Shown here in pieces: positions 48,501 to 61,655 of a stretch of DNA of 64,000 nt (the first letter of the stretch is position 1; every line of letters starts with the position of its first letter). Under the pieces are notes generated by a model. The model was not told where the DNA came from, searched no databases, and saw nothing but the letters and a program-made list of their open reading frames with translations. The stretch covers positions 3,410,001 to 3,474,000 of the forward strand of contig JAYWIR010000003.1 of the NCBI GenBank assembly GCA_036172245.1. Reading direction: 5' to 3'. Origin of the DNA: Raillietiella orientalis. Taxonomy: Eukaryota. The position numbers and the translations under genes are program-made.

Positions 48501-51500
48501 CAGATTTGCCAAGTCACTCCCTCGCCATTTTCTACTCGCCCTTCTCTCGTCTTCATTACACGCCTACTATTGATGCCTGTCTTGATTTCTTTACTCGTTC
48601 TTCCCTCACATCTTCCTCTCTTCTTCGGCGGTCCCTCTCTCGCCACAGAACGCAATTCTGGACCCTTCCTCCCACCCTCTCTGCAGCATATGATTCCCGT
48701 TTCAACGTTCAACGCGTTCTAGCGGGCAAGGAGACGACCAACGCCCCTGCGCACCTGGGAGAAACAACCTCTGGAGCGCGTGGCCCTCGCGCGCGAGGGC
48801 CCCGTCCTCTTGGCTTCTGGAACTGGAGGAGCGCCCAAGGTCGTCCGCGGAAGTTTTCGAGGGCGTCACGTGTCTCAGACACACACGTCGACCTCCTTTT
48901 CCTCAAATGTGAGGCGAGGAGGGGCTGAGGACCGGCGTTACAGAAGGTGGATCCCCTTCCTGCCTGCGCGCGGGCTTACGGGCCGTGCAGAGGAGACCTC
49001 CGAGCGGCGCTTCCTCTCGAGGAAAAAGGGTTCGATGCCTCCAGGCCTGACATTCTCACCTCGCCAGCCCATAGACTCTTGCACACGCGCTGTGCAAAAT
49101 TACCCTCTCCACGTGCGCGAGTGCGTTCATGCGAAGCCGCGAAGTAAACGAACTCGGGAACGAGCCCGTCCGGGAGCGTTCCTTGCTTCCCGTCGGCTCG
49201 CTCTTCTGGGAGAGCAAGCCGATGGGAGCAAAAACCACAGCGAGAGGACCGAAGCGCGCCGCTGTGTGGAATTCTTCTTCCTCCCAATTGCATCGGGGAG
49301 TGGCGGCGCAGCGCAGCAGCAACAGCAGCGCAGCGTGTCCCTTTGGAGAAAGGAGGAGCTCGTGGGCAGTTCAGGCTAGTCGATGGCGCAAAAAAAAGAA
49401 AAGGGGTGAGTGGGGATAAGTCACTGTGCACCCGACAAATGAGATGCCACCACTGAAGAGGCTGCCTGTCTTTCCTCCTTCCGCACTTCGATGCCTCAAA
49501 GCCATCCTGGCAAGAACGCGTGCTCCGCAAAGAAGGGACGGAGGGGGAGGGGACCTCCACCCTCTTCTGAAGAGCCGCTTTTTTCCTCCTTCCTCCCAAG
49601 GATCGCGACATGACTGTCCCGCGGCCATTTTCTTCCAGACGGACTCTTATCCCACGGGATTACCCACGGGGAATATCCTGGATGCAACGCCGGAGGTAAT
49701 TTGTATGTATGCAAAGCCGAGCTCAGACAGAGCGCGCGCGCTCTGCCCCGCGGCGGCCGGGAGAGACTCGAGTCGCTTGGGGAAACTTGGCTCTGCTATT
49801 GTTTTTTTCCGGGAAGCAGGATTCATCCGCAAAGGAAGACATCCAGGGATCTCCGAACCCCCTATTGCTGATACCTTCCGTTAAAGATTGGCCAAGTGGA
49901 GGCCCGCCAGAGGGAGCGCCGCATTTCCGTTGATCCTCCCGCTCCTGTGGTCCTTGCAGTTTCCTTTGTCGAAGGCCATCGGAGGAACAACAGACCCGCA
50001 GGAGACATTCAAAGGCCTCTGTTCTGGCCTCTCGTGTGGAGGAGGAGGAAGATCACTCTGACCATCTCCTGCAACTCATCCGAGAAGCGGGGACATTGCT
50101 CACCCAGAGCCACAGAAGAGTTACGGAAAGGGAGGAGGAATAAGAGAACAAGGAGGAAGAGACGGGAAGTACCCCTCCCCCCCCCACACACACACACACC
50201 CAACCCTGTCGGCATAGCAAGCGGTTTTTCAAGAAGGAAAGGGAAGGGTAGGCGAAACACGAGGCGCATCCGCTATGACAGGGTATACGAAGACTTCCTA
50301 GGAGGGCGCCAGGAGGACACTAGTCTCCCCACAAAGTTTTCTTCCAGCATCCTTTCCTCTCACGCTCGCGCTAGTGACACGGACTCTCTCGGAGTGGACA
50401 GACGGCGTGGTACCCGTGAGGGTATTTTTTTTTCTCTTGCGGATAAGGGACGGATGCACCTGGAAGGGCTGCCTTTCAGAGAAGAGCCTGCCGAAGAGCG
50501 CGCACCGGATAGGAAAAGGCACAGAAGTAGACGAATCTTCCGATGTCGGTCCAGGCTTTCACGCAGGCGCGCATCCGTCTGGAGGAGAAGGAAGGAAGGT
50601 TGGGGTGGCTGGACATGGGATGGCGGAGGGGTGCGGAAACTATCCAGTTCTTTGGCTCGTCGAGAGACGAGTCGGCAGAGACGTATAGTTCGTTCCCTAC
50701 AGGGGACATGGGAATGTGGGGAGGCTCTCTGGGATCCGGTTCGCGCGCGCCCTGGAGCTGAGCGTGCGCTTTGACCGTCTACTGCAATCCCCGGGCTGCC
50801 ATAATGGAAGACCCTCTGTCCCTCTTTCGCCTCCTCCAGGAGCTGCCCGCGAAGGGTCGTTTTGTCTCGGCGTGCTCAAGAGAGTGAGCATCCTGGTCCT
50901 TCGTAAACTGCGTGGTTCCTTCGGTCCCCTCTTCCCTAGCTCATGCAGAAGCGCCTCAGGACGCCGAGGCCTTCCGCTTCCGGAAGTGCCCGTCTTCCCT
51001 CTTTCGTTCTTCTCAAAGGCGTTGCAGAGTGAGCTTTCGGTCCAGGAGAGGGGTTCTTGGCACCCCAACCACGTGGTGGAGCAGGCTGACTCCCACCTTT
51101 GCCCACGTGCTTCGAGGGGACACGCACGACCTCAGCCTCCACTTTCGTTCCAACGTTTTTTCCTCAGCCACGTCCGCTTCTCTCCCAGCTTGGAGCCGGC
51201 TGCTGCCTCCCTCGCTCCCCCCGCGCACCGAATGAAGGATGAAAAGCCCTGGGGTGCTCTCCTCATGAGAGGAGCCACACGACGAACGCAACGGGTAGAG
51301 AGAAAGGGATAGCCCACCTTTGTTTCCTTATTCGGACCTGAGGAGGCGACTTTGCCCTCTTCGCCAGCCTGGAGTCTGAGGCAAGAGTCAGTGCCCTTTC
51401 CGCCGCGGCCTAGGGGAGATTCTCCAGGGAGGGGTGGGGGAGCTTGCGGTTGCGATTCTGACAGATTGGCAGATGGGAGCCGCCCCCGAGGAATTCCTTG

Positions 51501-54500
51501 AGAAGTCTCTCCCGAAGACTGGGAGCGGTGGCAAGGGCTGTCCGCCTCCACACCATCTCCCTTCCGAAGCTCCCCCTCCCTTTTTTGTCTCTCCCCACAC
51601 TCCCGTGATCCCTCTTCCAAGCTCTAAATCCGGACCCCTATCTTCGCGCAAAGCAAGCGAAGGAGGGGAAGGGCGCCGACGACGTTGTCCCCTTTTTAGC
51701 CGCACTGTTCCTCCAGATATCGGTCGGCGAGGCACGTCCTCAGCTCTCCGGATTCTTCCGTAGCCGATCGGATGCTGTAGGAGTATAAATCCCGAACCAG
51801 AAAAGAAGAACAAGGGAAAAACAAGACAACTCGTCGAGCCATTTCGTCAAAAGGATTGGACAACTGAAGCGTGGAGTTAATGGAACGTGCGGGGAGGAGT
51901 GCCATTACCGACGCCCATTCCTTAGGGATGCATTTCACCAAGTCGTCCTGTTTGGGTTCCTCGTTTCCATGGGAGGAAACAAAGGAAAAGAGGGGCGCGC
52001 ACGCAGTCGTAACACGTCGAGGAATCCGATGCAGAGATGCCACTAAAGGAGTCGAAATTATGTCACTGTGCTCGAGGCTATCCGGAAAAAGGGGGGGAAG
52101 GGGAGGAAGACAAGTGGGGGAAAGCAAAAGAAGGAAAAAAGGAAAGAAAGAAGCGAAAACCGCAGCAACACCGGAAAAAGGGGGGATCGCCCCAAACCGC
52201 TCCTGTTCCGTGAGTCCCCATGCAGCTTTTCGGGACGGAAATTTTGCTTGAGAGGGTTCGGGAGAGGGACCAGGATGGAGAAGATACGGGGAGGACAGGC
52301 GAGGGACCGAGCAGATGACGAATACCGCCACTGGAATTCATTTGTTCATGAATACTCCCGCGTTTAATGAGCTATAAAGTGCTCGGAGAGGGTTTAATCC
52401 ACACAACTCGTCTCCGCGAGCGCATCACGTGAATCATTACAGGAATCAGGGACCCAAAGAGGGCAATATCTTCTGCTCTTCCGGGACAGCTGTCCCTGGG
52501 CTGGCTCCGCGCAACCGGCGACTATCTGCGCATCGAGGGATTCGTAGGGTTTTTTTTTTTTTTTTTTTATTGCCTTTGGCGACTTTAGCCACGGCATTTT
52601 CCTCTTCCTTTTTTTCTTTCGTTTTCTTTATCTTTTTTTTTTTTTGCTTTTGCTTTCGCCTGAGCAATTCCCTCGAAAGTATCGATCGTTGTTTGCAAGA
52701 CCGATGCAATTCGGCTGATCCTCTGCAATTCCCAGATAACGTCTGAGAAAACTCGAAAAAGGAAAAAAAAAAAAAAGAAGAAGAAGAAGAAAAGGAGAAA
52801 AAGGAGAGAGAAAAAAAAAAAAAAAAGGGAAGAAAGAAAGGAATCGTAACAGGATGAATTCGAATGAATACATTCTGCTCTACCTTCATACCGTGTGGGC
52901 TATTACATCAAGCGTGTCATTGTCCGGCCGCTTGTTTCCGCCATGTTCGTTAAGCAGCGCGGATTACACGGCGGAAATCGGAATTCCTCGTGACGTTTAG
53001 GAAAAGTTCCGCGGATCGTGCAGGTACCTGACGCAGGCTCCTCCGGGAAACATCGAATCCCCACTCTGGGACATCCAGACGCGGGAGGGGGGTGGGGTCC
53101 CGCCACCGCCTGAAGGGTTCGGCCGTCTTCCACCACCGTTTCTGGAACCCGGAAGCGACGGCGTGCCTCCCAGAAGGCAACCCGTGGAAAATCGCCTCCG
53201 GATCGCGGGTTCCTCCAAGCGTTCTTAGCGTCCGGCTGTCTCTGCTGCCCCGGAAGATTGCTGCGGTCCGACCCGGTCACTTCAACTTCGTCCACTCGTT
53301 CCGAACGTCCAGAAGTGCGGGACGCCCCCGGGTGCCCCTGTGCACCGGAACTGACTTCCCTCCAGACCGAACTCCGCTTGACCACCGCGAAGGATTCGGT
53401 CGCCTCGATCCGATTCAAATCTTCCCTTCGCCTTCTTGTCTTCTGACATGACTTCTCAATGCGGGATCGAACCGGAAGAAGATTCGGATTCGCACCACTG
53501 CAGCGTTTGGTCTCTCACGCTCGACGTAACCAGGCAACCCCGTTTCGTCTTCCGCTGCTCCCAACAATGCAGACGGGAGCAAACCGCTGCCTTGGTGACG
53601 TTCGAACGAATATGGCGGAATGCTAAGCAGCCCATGCACGGGGTTTGCAGCCGACGACATCCTACTACAGGATCCACGTCCTGTAGGGAGGCGCTGGTGG
53701 ACTTTCGAGGATCGTAAATCATGTGGTCCTCCTTACAAGATATAATTTATTGTTATGATGCATTGAGTATATTCTTTTCATATATATTCATCCATCGACT
53801 ACCCAACCATTAAGTATTGCTTGTGTCTTATTTGTGAATTCTTCATTTTCTGGATATTAATCTTCATTATGAGCGATTTATTAATTGATTCACTAATGGT
53901 GCATGCTCGTGTAATTACTGATTATTCATTATTCGTTTTTTAAATAGATTTATTTATTTAGTATGTGTTTACAGTCATCGACAGGAACTGTCCTTGTCGT
54001 GTACCAGCGATGAAGTGAAGAAGGAAGACATTGTATTCTTCCTGAAGAGGACCCCGAAAGCTCAAACTTCAGAGGTGCCTCATCACCACCCCGTCTTGTC
54101 AGTCCCAGAGCACCCTGGAAGGGAACGAAAGGATTCCCATCCTTTCCGATGATCCCGGACGTGTGGGATGGAGAACTGGCCCTGGTGATACCCTACTTTG
54201 TCCCCGTTCCCAGGGAGACTTCAATCTGGATGATTCAGTTACAGAGTCCAACATTCCATCGGCTGCAGATCCGCGAACCCTGCCTCGCTTGTCTCGTCGT
54301 CAGCTACTTAGGGCAGACGAGGTGCGTTTGCGCCTCAAAGCATCAGGGAGGTCGCATCCCGATGAGTTCCGTCTGAGACTCCCCTCCAGGGTTGGAGCAG
54401 GAAGACCTGCGCCTTTTCTCTCCCAGTGTTCGGTGATTGAACGGAAGCTCTGCTCCTGGTGCCGATCATTCCCCCAGAGGCTCTGTGCCCTGCCCAGGCG

Positions 54501-54746
54501 ACTCGAGTGAGGGAGTCACTTCAACGCTGACCCAGGAGACTGGCGCGCACCGAGAGAAGAGAGCGCCTGTGTGCCCCCCCCCCCTGGCTGTCTGGTAAAG
54601 GATGCTCCGAGAAAGAATGCATGGACAGCGTATGGCTCCGCATTGGAGAGCGGGACATCCAGCAGATCAACTCATGCAGAAGAGGACGGGATGCTCGAAG
54701 TGAAGAAGGGGTAGGAAGGCGAAGGACGAACGGAGCAGCCTGTGAG

Positions 54747-54820
54747 AGCAGGTCGGTGGGCTTGAACCCGCGACCTGAGAGGTGGCCCCGACAAGCTGCA
54801 CTGACTCTCTGCTCGCCTTC
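54747..54820 (-). mobile_element. tRNA-like SINE head remnant (B-box only)
   Basis: The minus strand reads CAGGTCGCGGGTTCAAGCCCACCG (B-box-like GGTTCAAGCCC). It shares GTCGCGGGTTC with the element at 55753. No intact cloverleaf. Confidence 0.3.
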
Positions 54821-54885
54821 CCGAATGCTTCCTTCCCTCAGGTGGTGTTAGCGCTGAAAGTGGCTATCAGAAAGTGAGTTGAGTG

Positions 54886-55180
54886 ACCACTTCGTCCTTA
54901 CTTGCACCTGATCCCTTATGGAGCATTCCCGCTGCACGTGGCACGTCATCCGGGCTGCCCCCAGAGCATGTCCCAGACGTCCACTGGGAGCAGCGGGAGG
55001 TCACACCCTCTTTCTCGATCGACGGAGGACCCTTCTTGTCCCCGGGGCCCGCGGACCGGGTGCATCTGAAGGGGAGACGCGGGAGGAAACAGGTTGAGGG
55101 CGGGCTAAGACGGGATCGCCCCGGAACATCGGGCCGGTTTCGGGTGCGCCACCCTACGAAGCGGGTGGATAGCGCGAGAT
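54886..55180 (+). repeat. Dispersed ~300-bp repeat, copy 1
   Basis: Colinear with 59381-59676; shared blocks include ACCACTTCGTCCTTACTTGCACCT, GGGAGCAGCGGGAGGTCAC, CTCTTTCTCGATCGACGGAGGACCC and GGGCCGGTTTCGGGTGCGCCACCC. Confidence 0.9.
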
Positions 55181-55752
55181 GGACGGGAAGTGCACCTGTG
55201 ACCCGTTCCAGTCTCCACCTCCAGGGCTGCCTTTCAGCCCTGCAGTCTCTTTCCTTCAGGATCGCGTGCGGGATCAGCAAGTTTGGTTTGAGTACGAGAA
55301 AGGGAGGTCCAAGTGACCCCAAGCTGCGGTCAAGAAAAGAGCAAGGTTGTTGGTCGGAGCCTTCCGCTCCTGAATGGTTGTCTGCCGAAGAATGGTCGGA
55401 TAGAAGGAGGGAAGCCTGTCTGTGGGTCTTTCCCGACGAATTGCTCTCAGAGAAAGGTGAAGGGTACTCCAAGGAGGACATCAAGTCCCGGATCTCGTCG
55501 AAGACGGTCTGCGGATCAGTCGATGGTCATGAAAAAGAATGAGAAAGAGCGAGGTGTGACGCAAAGTCGAACACCTCAGGGAAGGATTCTGACGAACTTC
55601 AACTTGCTCTTTCTGGATATAAGTTGATGCCTTGGCGCGGAGGAGGAAAGAGCGTGACTAGGAGTAGAGATGAGTGCTCATGTCGGCTAAAGTGGATGGT
55701 GATACCAACAGAGGCCGTTCAGGTCACGGAATAGGGAGCCATTTTCTCGAAA

Positions 55753-55825
55753 GCCCGCGTCGGAGGCTTTGTGGTTAAGGCTTCCGCGTGTGGCACCATG
55801 CGTCGCGGGTTCGAATACTCCGGCA
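55753..55825 (+). mobile_element. tRNA-derived SINE head or tRNA pseudogene
   Basis: A-box-like AGGCTTTGTGGTTAAGGC and B-box GGTTCGAATAC at tRNA-like spacing. The T and acceptor stems do not pair, so this is not a functional tRNA. Confidence 0.45.
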
Positions 55826-56499
55826 GAAACTGACGCCACTGCGTCGTTGGGTTCCGAGTTTCTCCTGCAATGGCGCTGGTTGGCCACGCCATTCGGGCGT
55901 GGCGCCGGTGGTGGTTCAAGCCGAGAGGCCCATGAAGAAGGCCAGAACTTCAGAAGAGTGCAAGGAATCCCCCTGCGGGAAACTGCAGCGCCTCTTCTGA
56001 ATTTTGGAAGCGTCCCTTCGGAGTTCTCTTCAGAGGAGTGAACAGGAGCGGTTCCCTTACGGGTTCCCTCCGGAGTAGATGAAATGGAGAGGACCATCCC
56101 CCTTCCGGGGTGCTCCCTCCGGAGAGAATGAGGAAGGAGATTCCCTTCTGGGTTCCCATTCGGAGACAACCAGTGTGGGAGGTGCGATCCCAACAATCGC
56201 CAACGTCAGAGGAAAGCACTCCGAGGCTTTCTGGATTCATAGGGCATGGACCCCCTTCCTATTGATGCCTTCCCTATCTTGAAGAATAACACGCATCCTC
56301 CGCGGGTGGCGTGGAACCGGGTTAAAGAGCCACGTGCGCCACGAGGCACGCGACTGGCTCTTCAGGTACTTAGCGTACCAAAAAAAAAAAAAAACCTGAA
56401 AAAAATGCTGAAAGGGAATAAACAGCGAAGACAGATTCAAAAGAGCCCAAAAGGATTTCCATCATCCCAACGCCAACTAACTCGAGGAACCCGGAGAAT

Positions 56500-57350
56500 C
56501 CAGTGCGAAGGAAAGAGTGGGTGAGCTGAATTTGCTCCGAGAGGGTATTCGGGACTTGATGAGCAGAGTTCAACATGTCGTTCTCCTATTCCTAAGTTGA
56601 TGAGGGAAGAGCAAGGAAAGAGGGAATTCAGGAAACGCAGGACCCTTTCTGACGTTCAAGGACTTTCTTTTCACACACTCAAAGCAGCCCAAGACGGCCG
56701 CCTCTCAAGGCTCGTTGCACTCTTCCACCGTGTTCCTCGGAAGTCGGCAGCCTTGCCACTGCTGGAAAATGTGGCTCGGGCAGCTGTGAAGCCGTCTCCA
56801 GCTGCAGGCTTTGCGTGCCTAGTCTGGTATTTTCCGGGGAAGACGGCGGTCAGGTGACCTGAACGCCCTCGTTTTGGGGAACACGTGCGAACTTCTTGAA
56901 GACTGGAAGTGGTTTATCCAGGTCGAGACTTTCGACGACCTCCACGGCTCCTCGACACGAGCGCAGATTGTCGATTCGAGTTTCCATCAATCTAAAATCA
57001 CCCAGCTGCAGCCTTGCGAGGCGGTAATCCAAGGGTGCCAAGGCGCGGCGAGAGAATCGACTGATCAATTAGGCAGAAGGCGACTACTCATATGACGAAG
57101 CGGCTGGCTCGCCTTGACAGCAAGCTCCTGCTCATTTGCCGGACCCCATGCTCCCAGAGAACCGACGATGATCGCATGCACCTTTGTTTGCTTCCCACTA
57201 CTTCCGGGCGGCAATGCGAGATATCCCTATGTTCCTCCTCTTTGATTCTTCTCTCCCAGCCGTTTTCATATGGGCAGCACACTTATCCTTCTTCCTTTTT
57301 CTAAAACCAGGTCCGGTCTTGGGTTGGAAGTGGTTCCTGGTACTCTCCGG
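56500..57350 (-). mobile_element. Decayed CR1/L2-like LINE reverse-transcriptase remnant
   Basis: Ordered degenerate motifs: LVLEKG (resembles PIFKKG), RDISHCRP (resembles D..NYRP), LQLGDFRLMETRIDNL (resembles QHGFR..RS..TNL) and LDLDKPLPVFKKFARVPQ (resembles LD.G..VD...DFKKAFD.VPH). Confidence 0.5.
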
Positions 57351-59380
57351 CTGCTTGAGATGAGACTCCACTTTGCCTCGCCCGCTGCGGGCAAAGTGGA
57401 GTCTAATAAATTATCTTATTGTAAGGATCGCCTGGCAGTGGCCGTAGCTTTAAGAGGCTGTGATGGGTTTAACCCGCTGAATCACAATGCACTTCATGGT
57501 GCCACTGTGAAACTTATAGTGTCACATCACTTTATCCCCTGCGCTGAAATAACGCTGTTACTCCGTTCCTCTCTGTACAGTTTATTTTCACATATATTTT
57601 AAAGGGAGACAAATACGTACCAATTGATCACCGAATGCTTCTTTACTTTCGTTGTGCCATTGCATAATATGCAGGAATTTCGATTCCTAATCCTTTCCCA
57701 ATCGATTTTATTCAGTTGCACGGTCAATTAAAAAATTGCGAAGCGTCCGAGCACACAAATTCGTTACGTCGGTCATTACTCTACACAAAGTGGTGAAATC
57801 TGATTTTCATTTGTCCCAACCAATTCAAATGCTTCGTCAAACGTTTAGCGATGCTCATCTGCTTCAACCGCAGGTTTCACCTCCAATTGGGATGCAAACC
57901 CAATTGAGCTACGACCTATTCCTGGTAGGCAAACCAGATTTAAGGCAGGCCTGTGCACCATGTAAAACCTTGAATGCTGGCTTTTATTGTGACAGGAATA
58001 TCGAAACGGCGCCGAGGTCGAATGTAAAATCGTTAATCAAACGTTAATGATGAAAGTCGTAAACTTCCTAAATGCCAACTAAAACATGATGACAGATTGT
58101 TTCTTGGCATTTAATGCCAAGCTACTAATCACTCTACTACAAACATTCAGGATATTTTCGTAAGATTTGACAAAACATTGCACTGAATTCAAAATCTGGC
58201 GTGCCATGGTGAATTCGCAGCAGAAATAGGTTTCTTCTTAATTGGAATATGAATACACTTCAGCATCTTATTTCAAATACTACGAAAGCATGCAATAACG
58301 AAGAATGATACTATAAGAATACCACAATGATATAAAACCTGTAAATGTAGTAATCTGCAAGCATACTATAAACAAGTTATGCATCCACATTATAGCTGAT
58401 GCATACCGAAGTTCTCCTCAAACAAATATAAAACACATTTTCTACCACAATGCATCTTTTTTCTTCTCAAAATACAATATGGATTGTAATTTGGGAAAAT
58501 CAAAAACAGTTGCAGCATGGCTTATTTAAGCATCCTTTTCTCATGCATCTTAGCTGCAGTTTTACGCTTCATTATCTGTAATCTGTTATCTGCACTCAAC
58601 AAGGATGTGCTTGAGGGACTTCTGGAAAACCTCACAAGCTCTGCAATAACAAAAGCGAAACTCGAGATGTTGGCAACTCTTCAGCAACCAAAAATTCGCT
58701 CCTCAGAAAATCTAAATATACCAACCATTCCAATGGTTATGCTTTCTTTCTTTCTTTTCGGAAGAACGAAATTCAGTGCAGCCGCTCCTCCCCTGATTTT
58801 ATGGTTGGGGCGAAATGCAGATTCCGTCTTGGTTCGAGGTTCGTCTCGAATCAAGAGCAAGCAAGACGATGAGCTTCTCCAGGCTGAACCGACAAGGGCG
58901 TGGTCCCGGGGGCTGCCCGACCGTGCAGGACACCGCCATCGGTTTCCGCCTCCTTCCTTCAGGGCGAACGCGCATTTCCGGACTTCCAGCGGGCAGCTGC
59001 AGCGGAGTCAGCGAGTGGTGAGTCACCTGCTGCCCCGGTCCAAGTCTCGCTGGGTCGAATCCTGCACACACCTTGCTCCCGGCGGTTTCACCGGTCCGCC
59101 TCCCAGCTGTCCGACTCGTGGAGACATGGCGGACGCGGGCCGCGGCGTAAACCTCGGCTTCCGGATCCGAGGGTGCGAGCCACTTTCCTGACTCCTCTGC
59201 TCTCCTCTTCCGCGGAGTCCGTAGCCATGGTGCCTGTGGGGAAGTCTAGCGCGAAGCACGGGACGAGCCGCCTGAAACCGACCCGCCTCAGGGTCGACCT
59301 TGTGACGAAGAAGCAAGGAATGCAGCGAGGGAGGAGAATGCGGATGGAGAAAGTCCCTCTGCAAGAAACCACTCCTGGAA

Positions 59381-59676
59381 ACCACTTCGTCCTTACTTGC
59401 ACCTCATCCCTTCTGGAGCATCCCCGCTGCGCACGGCACGTCGTACGGGGCTCCCCGGAGCACGTCGCGGACGTCCACGGGGAGCAGCGGGAGGTCACGT
59501 ACTCTTTCTCGATCGACGGAGGACCCGTGTCTTGTCCCCGGGACCCATGGACCAGTTGCGTCTGAAGGGGAGATGCGGGAGGAAACAAGATGAGGACTAA
59601 GACGGGATCCTCTCGGACCCTCATCTTCGGGCCGGTTTCGGGTGCGCCACCCGAAGCGAATGGGTGTGCGCGAGAT
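59381..59676 (+). repeat. Dispersed ~300-bp repeat, copy 2
   Basis: Direct, diverged copy of 54886-55180. Confidence 0.9.
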
Positions 59677-61154
59677 CCAGGTGATTCGAGAGGCGATGGA
59701 ATGGGAGATGCCTGTCAGGTCAGCACCGCGGGAGCTCACCCTTTGGGTAGTCCGCCCGAGGTCCGGGAGTGGCGCGAATCAGCATCACGGATTCCAGAGA
59801 TTGTTGCCACGAGCAGGAAAGGTGGACCTTGGTCTTCTTGGCACTCCAGCGGCACCTAGGGAATGATCGCCGGGGACTCTGGAAACGGGCGTCGCTGGGT
59901 GGAGGGAGTCCGTCCTCCCCCCCCCCCCATCTCGTTCCCGTTTCTCGAGATGCAGCTCCTGCTCAAATGCCATACGTCCCTGGAGCAGTGCTGTCCTTCC
60001 TGAGTTGCCGTCGTCATCCCAGGGGGTTGTCGCCACCCCAGCAAAGCAGCAGCGGTGGCGGCGCGGTTCCCGTCCCCGGAGTGGGGCGCACCTGTAGCGG
60101 ACGGGGTCGCACGGAGGAGGATGACGGGCGGGACGATGTGCCACGGGAGCGAGGAGCTCCTAGCAGCCTTCTATCAGGGAAGGCGCGACAGGCTCGTCTT
60201 TCGCACGCGCAAAGACCGGGATCTAAGGGACTTGGGGGTGGCGGGGAGGGTTGTCCCGGCTGCTGCCGAAAGGGTCTGTCGGGAGACGCTTCCGGAGACG
60301 AGACGCCGAGAAAAAGGAGAGGCGGGAGCGCCCCTTCCCGGTTTTGGCGGCGTCAGTTCCCACGGGAGCAGGTCCCCTCCCAAGCGGAGGAGGCCAGCGG
60401 TTGGTGCCTTGCGAGCGACCAGCGCCCGCGAGGGGGGAGGGAGAGGGGAGTGAACAGCTGGCCGCTATCGCTCGGCGCAAGCGACGAATCTCGTGGTCCG
60501 GGCATCCACGCGACATGAGCGGCGGCTGCCCTTCGCTACTGGGAGAGGGCATTTTTTTTTTTCTTCTCCCTTTTCCTATTCTCTCCCCTTGTTCCAGATA
60601 AGATCTTCCATCCTCGAGCGTTCCCCAGGGTATCGGAAGATCCGAATGCTGACCTTTGGAAATAACCGGGTTCGGCTTTCCCGTTTCCGGAGTCGCAGCT
60701 CCGGGACCCCTCGTTAATTATCCCATTCCTCCCGCTTGCGAGTGCTGCAATGCCCGTTGATGAGGAGCGCCATCTTCCTCGGACGGGCGGCTCGGCTCCC
60801 CGACCGGGGTTGCCGGCCGAGAATGGCGCAATCAGCCGAAGGAATCAGACGATGACGCCAGCGCGCAACTTCCGTAACCATTGGAGACCGATTTCCGCGT
60901 CGCTCCGGGAAGGAGAGGCAGGGCTCCCTCCCTCGCGCGCACTTTTCATCTCCGCTCCCAACTCCCTCTTCCGTCAGGGTTCCGATTCTCCCGGCCGAGG
61001 GGGAACGCGCTGATTCCGGCCATTCAGGTGAGCTGAAGCGCTCCGGGTGTCGATCAGCGGAGGAAGGGAGGAGGAGCAGGGACGCGGCAGAAGTGGGGGG
61101 GGGGGAGAAACCAGGGAGGGCAGCAGGCGACCCTCGCCCCTCTCTGCAGCGTTC

Positions 61155-61380
61155 TTCTTTGGATGCACCCGGTACACAGGACCAGGGGAATCCCGGGCAC
61201 ACGAAGGCTCCCCCCGCCAACCGAAAGAGTTCCACGCAGTCACCCGCTGCTCCCGGTGGACGTCTCCGATGTGAGCGCCACTTCCGCCCTTCAGAGGACG
61301 AGGCAACATCCGCAGCAGAGGTGCGTCGAGACTGCGCGTGTCAGGGGCACCCCAGATGACGTGCCGCGTAGGGAGGAATC
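61155..61380 (-). repeat. Dispersed repeat, copy 3 (inverted, partial, more diverged)
   Basis: The reverse complement contains GGCACGTCATCTGGGGTGCCCC, GACGTCCACCGGGAGCAGCGGG and ACCGGGTGCATC, matching copies 1 and 2, with an internal insertion. Confidence 0.7.
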
Positions 61381-61655
61381 CTCGGCGTGCTCTTCGGGAT
61401 TGCCCTCCGCGACGGACGCGTGACGGAGCGAGTCAGGGAGACGCGAGGTTCCCAGAGCCACCTCTTTTATTCGCCGGAGAGAGGAGCAGAGGGAGGGTCG
61501 ATCAGGGAGGATTGGGGAAGAAACGAACAGGGGGGGAGCACCTGCGGCTCAGAAAGGAAAAGGGCCGCTGACCTGCCCTTCCCGCGCTGTCCATCCGCTC
61601 GCTCCCCGCTCTCGGAGAAAGGAGGGAGGTGGCGACGCGGAGGAGCCCTCGACCT

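Noticed and set aside
52549..52845. T-rich tract followed by an A-rich tract resembling a foldback element
   Set aside because: The complementarity is only low-complexity; there are no specific terminal inverted repeats or target-site duplication.
55753..55825. Functional tRNA-His (GTG)
   Set aside because: The acceptor, anticodon and T stems do not base-pair.
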